Of a stretch of DNA of 64,000 bases, positions 46,857 through 56,333 are shown piece after piece (the stretch's first letter is position 1; every line of letters begins with the position of its first letter). The notes beneath the pieces are model-generated. The model was not told the origin of the DNA and made no database searches. It saw only the letters and a program-made list of their open reading frames with translations. Origin of the DNA: a virus (lineage: Duplodnaviria; Caudoviricetes). The stretch lies in the IMG/VR virus record IMGVR_UViG_3300037504_000149; one strand, given 5' to 3'. The translations under genes were made by a program, and so were the position numbers.

Positions 46857-48821
46857 ATGCCAGATGAAAAACTTTATGATAATCCGCTAGGGGATGCTTT
46901 ACTTACAGATGAAGTGTCTGTAATAATGGACGGTCATGAGAACACTATGGATATGTTCTCCCAACTATTTCATCCTTTACCAAGACGAGTACTTTCTAGA
47001 GGCATGATAGTTTATACACCGCCTGATTACAAAATGGGAAGAATAGTACGCATAACTCCTGATAGGCTTTATGTAAGTATATTGGGTAATGAGGCGGAAG
47101 ATTCTCAAAGAGTAATTGAACGTACTTCTAAAGATATAGATAAAATGGAAGTAGTTCTACCTCAGATTAGTACTAACCCAATTTTCAATCCTCCTACAAT
47201 AGGAACGCTAAGTAAAGCGGCTAGTAAAACTAAAAACATTAAAGTTAGTTTTAAAGAATGTTTTGCTTTTCCTTTGAAGTTTGCAATGACTACTCCTGTT
47301 GTAGATGATTTAGGTTTCTCTGGGTATATCGTTGGTGCTACAATGGACGGGTATACTATTAAGGGTACGGATGGTAGATTGTTTGAGAGGAAAGAAGCTG
47401 ATATTAAAAGTGTAGGACCGCCTATACACACACCTATATGGTTAAATAAACATAAATCATTCTGCAAGCTTGTACGTACCTCATCTATAGGTAATAAAGA
47501 GTACAGAGGTAAAGGGGCTATTATCAAAGAAATGGATCCTGTTACGGGACTAGCAGAGTATATGCTGCCTGGAGTGCTAGATAAGGATACATTGATAGCA
47601 CCATTATCAGTTATTGAGTATCCAGAGACTGCCGATGAACAATTACATCAAGCTGAGACTATTTTAGCTGATGCGTCTATGTACGGTGTAACGCCACCAG
47701 CGTATGGTGATGTAAGTGCGCCCTCTGGTATGGATTCTGAAAGTACTGGAATACCTGTGCACGAAGATAATATGGAATTAGGCATCGGGGATTCTGTGGT
47801 AATGCAAACAACTGATATGGAGGATTCCATGCCTGCCACTGTATCGCGTGTTTATGATGATGGATCAGTAGATGTAGAATATGCAAGTGGTTTAGGTAGT
47901 ATGGAAACTAAAAGATTGTCTCGTGAAGAGTTATATGACTTATCAGCAGAAGGAACACCTGGTGAAATATATAAGACTAGCCATCATTTAAGTTTCAGAA
48001 ATATTGGGGAACGCGCAAGTGATATGCCTATGTTTAAAATGGTAGAGGATAATCCAGTTAATCCTCATGCTGATAACAACATATTAAATACTGTAAGTAA
48101 GTATGCTAGAATTGTTAAATCTAAGGGTGGTAAGTATAATATAGTAAGTACTGCTGGTAAAATAGTAGATATCGCTAGCAATAAAAGAGAAGCAATGAGA
48201 AAGTTAGCTAGGTATGCAGCTAAAGAAATTAAAAAGATAAAGACCATTCTAGCTAAATTAGAAGAAGGCTTCCCAGTTGATACAAGATTAAAGGTTTCGC
48301 GTAATATGATGGGCGTTCCATTATATGTTAAGATAGTCGAACCAGTACACAAAAGACCTGTACTATCTAAAGTGATGGTTAATCCTGAAGTGTACTACTT
48401 AGAGTTAGAAGATAGGGAAAATAAGGATATACTTGTATCTACATTAAATACATATAACAATCAGCCACCTATAAATCTTAAATGGGCATCTACCCGCCTA
48501 CCATATGTTGTTGAGGTAGATAAGGATAGCTTAGAGAAGTTAGCACAGATAGGTGTATTTTCCTTAGTATCATGGCCTGGAGAAGATAAAATAGATGACG
48601 ATCAACAAGCACAGCAAGCGCCTCAACGTACACCAGGTGGTTTAGCAACACCACGTATAAGTAAGAAAACTGCTGCAATACCAAAGTATCCTTTCGATCA
48701 AGCCGAGTTTATGGCTACTGTTAGGTTAAAGGATGGTACTAAAGCAATTATACGTAAGTACGCTGTTAAGAATTACAACGACAATCATCCAGATAATCCA
48801 ATTGTAGAAATTATAGATTAA
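46857..48821 (+). CDS. Large hypothetical protein with several SH3/KOW-like beta modules, probably virion-associated
   Basis: Modules such as IGDSVV...ATVSRVYDDGSVDVEY; follows the putative late promoter. Confidence 0.65.
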   Translation: MPDEKLYDNPLGDALLTDEVSVIMDGHENTMDMFSQLFHPLPRRVLSRGMIVYTPPDYKMGRIVRITPDRLYVSILGNEAEDSQRVIERTSKDIDKMEVVLPQISTNPIFNPPTIGTLSKAASKTKNIKVSFKECFAFPLKFAMTTPVVDDLGFSGYIVGATMDGYTIKGTDGRLFERKEADIKSVGPPIHTPIWLNKHKSFCKLVRTSSIGNKEYRGKGAIIKEMDPVTGLAEYMLPGVLDKDTLIAPLSVIEYPETADEQLHQAETILADASMYGVTPPAYGDVSAPSGMDSESTGIPVHEDNMELGIGDSVVMQTTDMEDSMPATVSRVYDDGSVDVEYASGLGSMETKRLSREELYDLSAEGTPGEIYKTSHHLSFRNIGERASDMPMFKMVEDNPVNPHADNNILNTVSKYARIVKSKGGKYNIVSTAGKIVDIASNKREAMRKLARYAAKEIKKIKTILAKLEEGFPVDTRLKVSRNMMGVPLYVKIVEPVHKRPVLSKVMVNPEVYYLELEDRENKDILVSTLNTYNNQPPINLKWASTRLPYVVEVDKDSLEKLAQIGVFSLVSWPGEDKIDDDQQAQQAPQRTPGGLATPRISKKTAAIPKYPFDQAEFMATVRLKDGTKAIIRKYAVKNYNDNHPDNPIVEIID

Positions 48822-48830
48822 GGAGAGTCA

Positions 48831-49709
48831 ATGGATAATAATGTAAAGAACAATGATATTGAGCAAGTAGAGCTTGAAAAAGAAACTGGTGTTTCTATTG
48901 ATATGTTAGCCAAAAAGATAGTAGAATATAAAGAAACAATGGCTGCTAAGAAACAAGCTTTGAAAAAGAAAAAAGAAATGTTAATTGAAAAAGGTACTTT
49001 GCCTGATGAAGCACGGGCAATGTTTAAGGATGAGTTACAGAAAGCAGCTACTGAAGCGGCAGGAGATATATTGGGTGAGTTAAAATTTTCGCCTGATGAA
49101 GAGTTATATATTAGCGATGGCGACGATCATAATGTTATACTTCATAATGCTGTAATTGATACGGCTGGTAGTGATACATCTGTTGTAATAGCATCATTAT
49201 ATGTTGATGGATACATAGAGCAGAGGTATGGTATACTTAATAAAACTATACCAAAAGAATCGTATCCCAACCCCACATGGTGGTTAATGATGCATTATAA
49301 AGATTTTACATTTTACAATTATATGAAAGATATAGTTAAGCCTCAAGCTAAACAGAAGTTAGCAGAGGTTACTAAAGCATGGAACTTATATAAAGGTAAG
49401 GTTTTACCAACTTCTGATTTAACAGAATTTGATGTAAAGGATGTTAAGTCTATTATAGGAAGGTTTAAAATAGGAGAGCTTAACGGAGCAGAAGATATAT
49501 ATTTATTTAAAGATTATATAGAGTTCGCTCTTTCGGCGATTGATACATATCTAAAAGCCTCACCTAAAAGAAGGCAAGCGCTATGGCGTAGTGGTATGAT
49601 AAAATACAAGGAAAAGAATCCGGATATTACTGCTAAATTAGAGAAGCAGCTAATAGGTATACGTGCTGCCGAACAGGAATATTCTTTCAATAGTGAGGAG
49701 GAAAATTAG
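48831..49709 (+). CDS. Hypothetical protein
   Basis: AAGGAG RBS. Confidence 0.75.
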   Translation: MDNNVKNNDIEQVELEKETGVSIDMLAKKIVEYKETMAAKKQALKKKKEMLIEKGTLPDEARAMFKDELQKAATEAAGDILGELKFSPDEELYISDGDDHNVILHNAVIDTAGSDTSVVIASLYVDGYIEQRYGILNKTIPKESYPNPTWWLMMHYKDFTFYNYMKDIVKPQAKQKLAEVTKAWNLYKGKVLPTSDLTEFDVKDVKSIIGRFKIGELNGAEDIYLFKDYIEFALSAIDTYLKASPKRRQALWRSGMIKYKEKNPDITAKLEKQLIGIRAAEQEYSFNSEEEN

Positions 49710-49710
49710 T

Positions 49711-50757
49711 ATGTTTAATTTCGATCCAAATAAGTATGGGTTACCAAAACATGTGGAACCATTTTTGAAGAGTTTAGAATCTGGTAAGTATAATCAAGAT
49801 GCTGCCTATGGTAAAATATATTATAGGAAGAGTAGTTCAAGCGCACAAGATTCATATAATAGATCTGCAAGTGCTTTAGCAGAGGCGGGAATTACTCGTT
49901 CTAAATATGAATCTGAATGGGAAAAAGGATTAAAAGATAGTTCTATAGATAATTCACTAATTTATGGTGACTCTAGTCAAATGAGACTAGAGAAATTCTA
50001 TGAAGATTATGATCCAAGTTCTAATGAGGGTAAGTTAATAAGCGCCGAAGTTTTAATTAATCCTCCCAGAGGATGGTCTAGCAATATCAATCATCATAAA
50101 GGTATAGTTACTGCGATTAAAGCTAATGATATGGTAGAGGTAACCTCAGTTGATGGATCTAGTATTGATGTTCCGCGTAAATGGGTACAGATTATTAGTG
50201 GTGGACATGGTAAGTCTAGAAAACCGGTTAAAGCCACACTTAAATCAAGTAGAGATATTATGTCGTGGACTAACAGGGGAGATGCTGATGCAATAGTTTA
50301 CGAAGATGATCAGGTATTAGAATTCGCGCCCCAAGATCCAGACTTACGTATTGTAGATAAGATGGAAGATCCATATTATGATAACAAAGAACGTAATCTT
50401 AACGCTTATAAAAAGGATGTAGTTGCGGGAAAAGAAGATGTAACAGACATATCTGAGGTAGTAGTTACTAGAAAAACAGAAACTGGACCAAATCAGCAAT
50501 CCCAGTATGAAGATGAAGACGATAGGTCTACAGTAACGTTTGGGGATAAGTTAGATGCCGATGATCCCAATGTAGATGTAAAGAAATTAGTTAAAGCATT
50601 TAAGTATAGTAAAGCGGTGTGTGAAAAGCTAGAGGAAACTATAGCTAACACAGAAAATATAGAAGAAAAAGTAGAGCTATATACTAAACTTACTGCAGAA
50701 GCTAAAAAATTAGCAAGGTACAAAAAGAGCTTAACTAAAATAGCTATTAAGAATTAA
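49711..50757 (+). CDS. Hypothetical protein (start MFNFDP) with an SH3-like module
   Basis: GAGGAGG RBS before 49711. Confidence 0.7.
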   Translation: MFNFDPNKYGLPKHVEPFLKSLESGKYNQDAAYGKIYYRKSSSSAQDSYNRSASALAEAGITRSKYESEWEKGLKDSSIDNSLIYGDSSQMRLEKFYEDYDPSSNEGKLISAEVLINPPRGWSSNINHHKGIVTAIKANDMVEVTSVDGSSIDVPRKWVQIISGGHGKSRKPVKATLKSSRDIMSWTNRGDADAIVYEDDQVLEFAPQDPDLRIVDKMEDPYYDNKERNLNAYKKDVVAGKEDVTDISEVVVTRKTETGPNQQSQYEDEDDRSTVTFGDKLDADDPNVDVKKLVKAFKYSKAVCEKLEETIANTENIEEKVELYTKLTAEAKKLARYKKSLTKIAIKN

Positions 50758-50768
50758 ATGAGGCTACT

Positions 50769-51269
50769 ATGGATACCTATGAACAAACACCGTTTGATGG
50801 TGTATACGATGAGTCACATGAGCTAGATTTTAACTTGGTGGATAGTATAATAGAAATTAATCCTATGCAACCAAGTAATTCAGTTAGAGGCTTTAAGGGT
50901 GAGGATATGCACGTTAACAGAAGTGCTAGTATGGATCGCGTAGTATATGCAATTAAAGACGCTATAAGTCATCCTAATTGCACACTATCAAAATTTTCTC
51001 TAACAATGCCTAGTGTAATAGAGAGTAACATTACTAAGATTGATGAGAGTGATAACGAAGTGTTGTCAGGTACGTTCAAGATAGCTTATGTGGTAGCTGA
51101 TGAAGGTATCGGAGAATCTATAACTATTGAACTAGATGTAGATGTTGAGGACGGTGTAATGGTTAAATTACCTAAAAAGGTATTTGTAGAAGAATTAAAT
51201 AAGAGTATAAAGCTTAAGCCAGACACTATTAGAAAGGCTATAGCACAGACTAAGCTGACTTATCAGTAA
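50769..51269 (+). CDS. Hypothetical protein
   Basis: 166-aa ORF. Confidence 0.7.
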   Translation: MDTYEQTPFDGVYDESHELDFNLVDSIIEINPMQPSNSVRGFKGEDMHVNRSASMDRVVYAIKDAISHPNCTLSKFSLTMPSVIESNITKIDESDNEVLSGTFKIAYVVADEGIGESITIELDVDVEDGVMVKLPKKVFVEELNKSIKLKPDTIRKAIAQTKLTYQ

Positions 51270-51280
51270 GAGGTTTTAAT

Positions 51281-51679
51281 ATGGCAAGTGAATACACAGT
51301 AGATGTTACTATAGACGTAACCTCATCATCATCTTTAGTTAATCCAGTAGAGATATCCAAATCAGATGATTTTAGTATACTATCTCAAGACGGATTGATT
51401 GAGGGAAATGTTAAAGTAGTAGCAGATAGTACATCATATATACCTATACCGTTTGGAGCACTATCTTATATCCAAATGTTGATGATAATTACTGACTATC
51501 CAGTTAAACTATTCTTAAACGGAACAACTGGTGTAGATGCTATACCTATTCATTCAGCATTTTTAGATACATTTGGTGATTCAAACAATGATGGTAAGGG
51601 AAAGATTACGTCTGCTTACTTGCGTAATGATGGTAATACAAGAGCCACATGTACTATAAGATTGTGTGGTAAAGAATAA
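51281..51679 (+). CDS. Small all-beta protein, probably virion structural
   Basis: Jelly-roll-like strand pattern. Confidence 0.55.
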   Translation: MASEYTVDVTIDVTSSSSLVNPVEISKSDDFSILSQDGLIEGNVKVVADSTSYIPIPFGALSYIQMLMIITDYPVKLFLNGTTGVDAIPIHSAFLDTFGDSNNDGKGKITSAYLRNDGNTRATCTIRLCGKE

Positions 51680-51694
51680 CTAAATATATAAGGA

Positions 51695-52471
51695 GTGATG
51701 TTTATGCCACCTATTTGGGCAAAAGATGAAAGACTATATCGTTTAGCAACTGAAGAGGCGAGAAAAAAGCATCGTGCTAATGTTATTAAAGATGGTCCTA
51801 GGTACTGGAAAGTAGTTAAAGAAATATATAATAGATTAGAGAGTGAAGCACTCATGTCTATTAATACTGATGAAGCTGTAAAAGAGGACAAGAAGCTTGA
51901 AAATAATGAGTATAGTGAACCGGAAGTTTTATCTTATGAAGTAGAAGATAAAACTACATTTGAAGAAAATGAATGTTATGAGCCAGATCAACAATGTGTA
52001 TGTATAGATTCTTATTCATTGCATACAATAGACGATACAGAAGTATTGAAGTATGGTTACCATACTGGTATCATTTATGTAGATACTGATATTAACACAG
52101 GAGATTACTTAACTGTTAAAGTTGAATCTCCTAACGTAGCTCGACTAAGTACACCAGGTATTGATGAATCATTGTGGTTATGCCGTTCAGACGACGAAAA
52201 GGTATCTAATAGTTATTCTATTGGACTAGAAGAAAATGATAAGATTTACATTCTAGATAATTATAATGAGGAAGTCACCGAGATATATAAAGATTACCCC
52301 CCGTTCGGTATGGTTATCTTTTATTGGTTGACCGATAAACTTGGTGTCAAGGTATCTAAAGTAGTTGGAGAAGACTTCCACTATACACTTAAGGAACCCG
52401 ATGGTTCTAAAATAAGTAAAGCTAAACGGCGTTTGTGTCAGAGTTATAAAGCGGCGGTTAATAAAGGCTAA
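51695..52471 (+). CDS. Protein with N-terminal ChaB-like helical hairpin
   Basis: PIWAKDERLYRLA.EEA.K....YWKVVKEIY.RL. Confidence 0.45.
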   Translation: MMFMPPIWAKDERLYRLATEEARKKHRANVIKDGPRYWKVVKEIYNRLESEALMSINTDEAVKEDKKLENNEYSEPEVLSYEVEDKTTFEENECYEPDQQCVCIDSYSLHTIDDTEVLKYGYHTGIIYVDTDINTGDYLTVKVESPNVARLSTPGIDESLWLCRSDDEKVSNSYSIGLEENDKIYILDNYNEEVTEIYKDYPPFGMVIFYWLTDKLGVKVSKVVGEDFHYTLKEPDGSKISKAKRRLCQSYKAAVNKG

Positions 52472-52476
52472 GTATA

Positions 52477-53172
52477 ATGGCTACTATACCCAGACTAGAG
52501 ACTTCAGGCTTAGAGCCTGTAAGCATCATGGAAGAAACTGCTATGGGTATAGTAGCTCATTCTTCCATACAATATAATGGTTACTTTTCTCTTCTAATTA
52601 TAGGTACTAGAAGAGGGGAGTGGCTATTTCGTTTATACAATTATATAGTACCAGCACACGTTAGTGGAGGTAATATAGTTGCAGTGGATAATATACATTG
52701 GGATGGTAGACCTTTTAATTACCAAGAAGGAAGGGATTTACTAACTCCTAGAGAAGCTGAAGAAAATGGAAGATATGTAACTAGTATTATTCACAATTAT
52801 AATTTACAAAACATAACTCTACATACGAAAGGTAGTACTGATTATTTTGCAAACCATAATGACACATTTGATTGTGTAATACTTAATGGTGCTCGTGGGT
52901 ATAGTGAATTTTCTAGTGATCTAACCAGTGCTTACGCTGTACTTAATGATAAAGGTACAATTGCTGTACCATTTTACGGTAAGACAATTAATGGTTTACG
53001 TACAGATAATAATCTTACTAAAGCTGTAGATGAGTTTTCCGATAAAACATGTAGAAAACGGCGAGTACGCTGTGCAACTGGTATGATGTTGATGAGAAAG
53101 TTTACGGAAAAGACAAGAAAGTTGAATGGTCCGGGAGGAAAAATAGATTACAATTGTAATCTTCCTGGTTGA
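52477..53172 (+). CDS. Class I SAM methyltransferase-like protein (Methyltransf_24 type) with degenerate motifs
   Basis: LIIGT.RG, IVAVD, KGS, FDCVILNGA.GY....DL..AY..L..KG.I, V..AVDEF. Confidence 0.6.
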   Translation: MATIPRLETSGLEPVSIMEETAMGIVAHSSIQYNGYFSLLIIGTRRGEWLFRLYNYIVPAHVSGGNIVAVDNIHWDGRPFNYQEGRDLLTPREAEENGRYVTSIIHNYNLQNITLHTKGSTDYFANHNDTFDCVILNGARGYSEFSSDLTSAYAVLNDKGTIAVPFYGKTINGLRTDNNLTKAVDEFSDKTCRKRRVRCATGMMLMRKFTEKTRKLNGPGGKIDYNCNLPG

Positions 53173-53197
53173 AAATTTTCGTGGAATATGCTATACT
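53169..53197 (+). promoter_or_regulatory. Sigma70-type promoter TTGAAA-N17-TATACT
   Basis: ttgaaa attttcgtggaatatgc tatact. Confidence 0.75.
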
Positions 53198-53250
53198 GGA
53201 AGTGTGAATGGGTTGTTTGTAAGCCATTTACATAAGGACGATAGCTTCGC

Positions 53251-53388
53251 ATGATACCACGATTGACGAGACGAACATCTAAATGGGATTCTTTACTTTC
53301 GGAAATAAATTGGCTTAGATTTTACACCATCGCTAAACGTTATATTGATTTAAATGTAAAACAATTTAGGCGACGAGAAAATAAATAG
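53251..53388 (+). CDS. Small basic protein, 45 aa (MIPRLTRRTSKWDSLLSEINWLRFYTIAKRYIDLNVKQFRRRENK)
   Basis: Fills the gap after the promoter; its stop overlaps the next gene's AGGAG RBS. Confidence 0.5.
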   Translation: MIPRLTRRTSKWDSLLSEINWLRFYTIAKRYIDLNVKQFRRRENK

Positions 53389-53399
53389 GAGAGTTTACT

Positions 53400-54290
53400 G
53401 TGTATAGAACTAAATTACCTTTATATGTGCGTAAATTATTTGGGTTAGATATAGAAGATAGTTCATCTTTTATTGATATAGTTGGGCACACGCTTGAAGA
53501 GCGGTTAGATACTATAAGCCGCGTATGTATTAAACAGACAGATAAGATGTCTAAAGAGTATAAAGTATCATTAGCTAAATTATATGATGAGACTCGTGTA
53601 CAACAAGAAAAAGAAGACTTTAGTACTCTACATAATCTACAATCTTTACGATATAGATTTTTTAATGCTTTAAAAGCTATAACAGATAGCTTAAATCCTA
53701 TGAGCTTACGCACTATAGGAGTGATACCCCCTCCAGATATTCTTTCTGCATATCGAGATGCCTTCCAGACATATATCCCGCTGATTTATCAGGTTTACGA
53801 ATCATTATCCCCAAGTTTAAAAATAAAGTTAAATGAAATAATTCCACATAAAAGCTTCTTAGTTGATGGAATTTTAAATACTAACAATAAAAAATTACTA
53901 ACAACTGCGGATATAACAGCAGCCGCATTGTCTGTGTTACCAGCTCAAAGATGGAGTATTATTCCAGTTGACGGAACTAGTGAGGCAGAGGATGAGGATA
54001 GTAATCTACCGGACGTAGTTGTGTTATTAAGAAATGTCAATTCACCATACCTTCAGATGAATCCAGACAACCAAGAAAACACAGATGACATGACTAAGTT
54101 GAAGGATTACTTTAAGAAAAATATTGTTGGTAAAGAATATTATAATATAATTCCTATCTACGAAGAGTTTGTGTTAGGTATACATGGTTACACAGCTTTA
54201 TACGATGGTAAAACTTACAAACCATGCATCGACGCACGCATAGATTGTGAACACAACGGTGTTTGCCGAATTTTGACCGAACACGCTTGA
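53400..54290 (+). CDS. Hypothetical protein
   Basis: AGGAG RBS; GTG start. Confidence 0.7.
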   Translation: MYRTKLPLYVRKLFGLDIEDSSSFIDIVGHTLEERLDTISRVCIKQTDKMSKEYKVSLAKLYDETRVQQEKEDFSTLHNLQSLRYRFFNALKAITDSLNPMSLRTIGVIPPPDILSAYRDAFQTYIPLIYQVYESLSPSLKIKLNEIIPHKSFLVDGILNTNNKKLLTTADITAAALSVLPAQRWSIIPVDGTSEAEDEDSNLPDVVVLLRNVNSPYLQMNPDNQENTDDMTKLKDYFKKNIVGKEYYNIIPIYEEFVLGIHGYTALYDGKTYKPCIDARIDCEHNGVCRILTEHA

Positions 54291-54315
54291 CAGGGAAGGC
54301 CGATTGTGTTATACT
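54287..54315 (+). promoter_or_regulatory. Near-consensus sigma70 promoter TTGACA-N17-TATACT with extended TG
   Basis: ttgaca gggaaggccgattgtgt tatact; overlaps the GTG start of 54306..54779. Confidence 0.6.
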
Positions 54316-54779
54316 CGTATAAGTTAAGCTCGTTACTGCAGACTGCGAAACCGTCCCTACCCACTATTATTACCATAACGGATGATTGCGATGAGATTGA
54401 ACTGGTCAACGATTTAAATTTGGCTTGCAGTTTATATTTCTATAATTACGATAAGAATAACATAACTGAATCGTATGAATTATTGGTGAAGTACTCGGTT
54501 GTACGTACAGGTAAGTGTATGGCGATGGAAATGTCTTCGATAGAAGATGTAGGTTTATTAGTGGTAGTAGGAGATATAACTAAAGATCTTGAACGGCACG
54601 TAGGTTTTACCTCAGCTAAGTTATTGTTTATACCACGGAGTAATAATGTTACTGATAAACAGCTATCAGAAATACAAGATAAGACCGTCGAAAAGGTACA
54701 TACCAGAAGAACTGAAGATACTGGAAGCTCTACAAAGTCTAGTAGGAGAAGCACTGGTCGTAGGCTCTGGGAACTATAG
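54306..54779 (+). CDS. Hypothetical protein (start and 3' tail uncertain)
   Basis: Open frame with a protein-like core; 134-nt overlap with the next gene. Confidence 0.45.
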   Translation: MLYSYKLSSLLQTAKPSLPTIITITDDCDEIELVNDLNLACSLYFYNYDKNNITESYELLVKYSVVRTGKCMAMEMSSIEDVGLLVVVGDITKDLERHVGFTSAKLLFIPRSNNVTDKQLSEIQDKTVEKVHTRRTEDTGSSTKSSRRSTGRRLWEL

Positions 54780-55281
54780 TGTCTGTTACACATTAGAATA
54801 TAGTTTTCCTGTAGAAAACTATAACCCTGAAAATATTACATTAGAAAAATATATTACCGATACACACACGGTGTCGGAAGACGGTGTGTATGGTGTAACT
54901 ATCCCCGAAGACAGAGGCGTACCAATACCAACGCAAAATATGCATGGTAATATGTTGGGCGTCTTTAATTATCCTCATATGCCGAGAAACTATATGTTCG
55001 ATAAATGGCTAGGGTTAGGGATAAGACATTTTGCACTGTGTGGACTTAGTAGACATAGTGGTTTAATTAAAACTGCTGAAGCAATTAGACAATATTCACG
55101 TTATTATGAGATAGAGAAGGAAGTTAAAGTAGGTATTGTAGAAGATGCTAGTATGTCTATAAACTGTGATAACGATACAACTGTGCAAGTAAGTACTCGC
55201 TGTGATGAGTTTACCTCTCTTATGGTACAAACCGTTGTTGCTGAAGATACACAACAGTTGGCGGAGTTCCTTGATCGTTAG
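54646..55281 (+). CDS. Isochorismatase/nicotinamidase-fold protein lacking catalytic residues
   Basis: N-terminal LLINSYQ (compare LLVIDMQ) and LGIRHFALCGLSRHSGLIKTA...VGIVEDA (compare GI..L.V.G...D.CV..TA...V.VV.DA). Confidence 0.45.
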   Translation: MLLINSYQKYKIRPSKRYIPEELKILEALQSLVGEALVVGSGNYSVCYTLEYSFPVENYNPENITLEKYITDTHTVSEDGVYGVTIPEDRGVPIPTQNMHGNMLGVFNYPHMPRNYMFDKWLGLGIRHFALCGLSRHSGLIKTAEAIRQYSRYYEIEKEVKVGIVEDASMSINCDNDTTVQVSTRCDEFTSLMVQTVVAEDTQQLAEFLDR

Positions 55282-55286
55282 GGGAT

Positions 55287-55730
55287 ATGATGGAACGCAA
55301 GAAATCAGCGGTAGGTAGTCGTGCATGGTCGTGGGCCTTTAACAAACTTCCGCAACTTACTGCTATATTATTTTGGCTTATCGTTAGCGTAGCAGTAGGG
55401 TGGTCTACGGAATGGATCTATGGGGTGATACTAGGGGGAGGGCTTGTAGTAGGCTTACTGGTTGTATGGGTTATTGGATTGATTATACCTAGCAAGAGTA
55501 AAGAAGAGACGGCTCTCGATACTTTTCACGAGTATAAAAACTCTACAGATGCAATCATTGCGAAGAGGGAAAGGATTAAAAGTACTTATGATGTGATTGT
55601 TAGTTACTCACAACTACAAGAGTTTATACTGCGGTCGCCTGAAAACATGAATCGAGTGATAACTATGGTAAATGATATTAAAGCTTCTCAGGGAGAGGCT
55701 ACGATTCCGAAGGTGGTTGATGATGGATAA
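55287..55730 (+). CDS. Two-TM membrane protein
   Basis: Hydrophobic hairpin at about residues 24-67. Confidence 0.7.
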   Translation: MMERKKSAVGSRAWSWAFNKLPQLTAILFWLIVSVAVGWSTEWIYGVILGGGLVVGLLVVWVIGLIIPSKSKEETALDTFHEYKNSTDAIIAKRERIKSTYDVIVSYSQLQEFILRSPENMNRVITMVNDIKASQGEATIPKVVDDG

Positions 55731-56043
55731 TATCTCAACAGATAGTCCAATGGATGGTAAATTAGCATATCAAATTGTAAAAAGTTTACAGATAGAAATA
55801 GGACAAGATGGGTTGGAGGATACTTTTAAGTATCTGACAGTGGAAAATTTGAATGAAATATGGGAAACTGTACTGACGCAAACTAAAGGATTTACATATG
55901 ACAGGATTGAGTTAGATGAAGCAGTACCTGTATCGGTAGCAGGTAGGGTCTCTATAGTGAGGCAACACGATATACAAGAAGCATTAGCTTTGTTTGTTCA
56001 AGCTGTGGTGGATCAGATTAAACAAGCTCAAGCTAGGGAATAA
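55672..56043 (+). CDS. Hypothetical protein (start probably about 55720)
   Basis: AAGGTGG RBS before MMDN. Confidence 0.6.
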   Translation: MILKLLRERLRFRRWLMMDNISTDSPMDGKLAYQIVKSLQIEIGQDGLEDTFKYLTVENLNEIWETVLTQTKGFTYDRIELDEAVPVSVAGRVSIVRQHDIQEALALFVQAVVDQIKQAQARE

Positions 56044-56333
56044 TGTATAATACTATTTACAGATTATTATCTTCTAGTGGTGCTATACTTTTCGAAGGCA
56101 CTATAGATATTAATTATGCTTTAGATAGTGAAATTGTTGAGCTAGATGCTAAGGAGTTTAAATCTGGAGCAAAAGTAGCTGATGATAAATTGTATTTAAT
56201 AAATGAATTAGTAACTAATTTTCCTACAAGTGAAGATTTCTTTAAATGTTTAGTAGGGGATAAATGTATAAAAATTATATTAATACAACGACGGAAGGAC
56301 TTAAATGAATCCAAACCAGAGGAACCTACTTAA
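56043..56333 (+). CDS. Hypothetical protein
   Basis: TAATG coupling. Confidence 0.6.
   Translation: MYNTIYRLLSSSGAILFEGTIDINYALDSEIVELDAKEFKSGAKVADDKLYLINELVTNFPTSEDFFKCLVGDKCIKIILIQRRKDLNESKPEEPT

Noticed and set aside
53198-53399. tRNA or structured ncRNA in this and other intergenic gaps
   Set aside because: No cloverleaf or T-loop GTTC motif found; the gap is explained by a promoter plus a 45-aa ORF.
54646-54779. Programmed frameshift fusing 54306 and 54646
   Set aside because: No slippery heptamer noticed, and 54646 has its own GGAG RBS and a plausible N-terminal strand.
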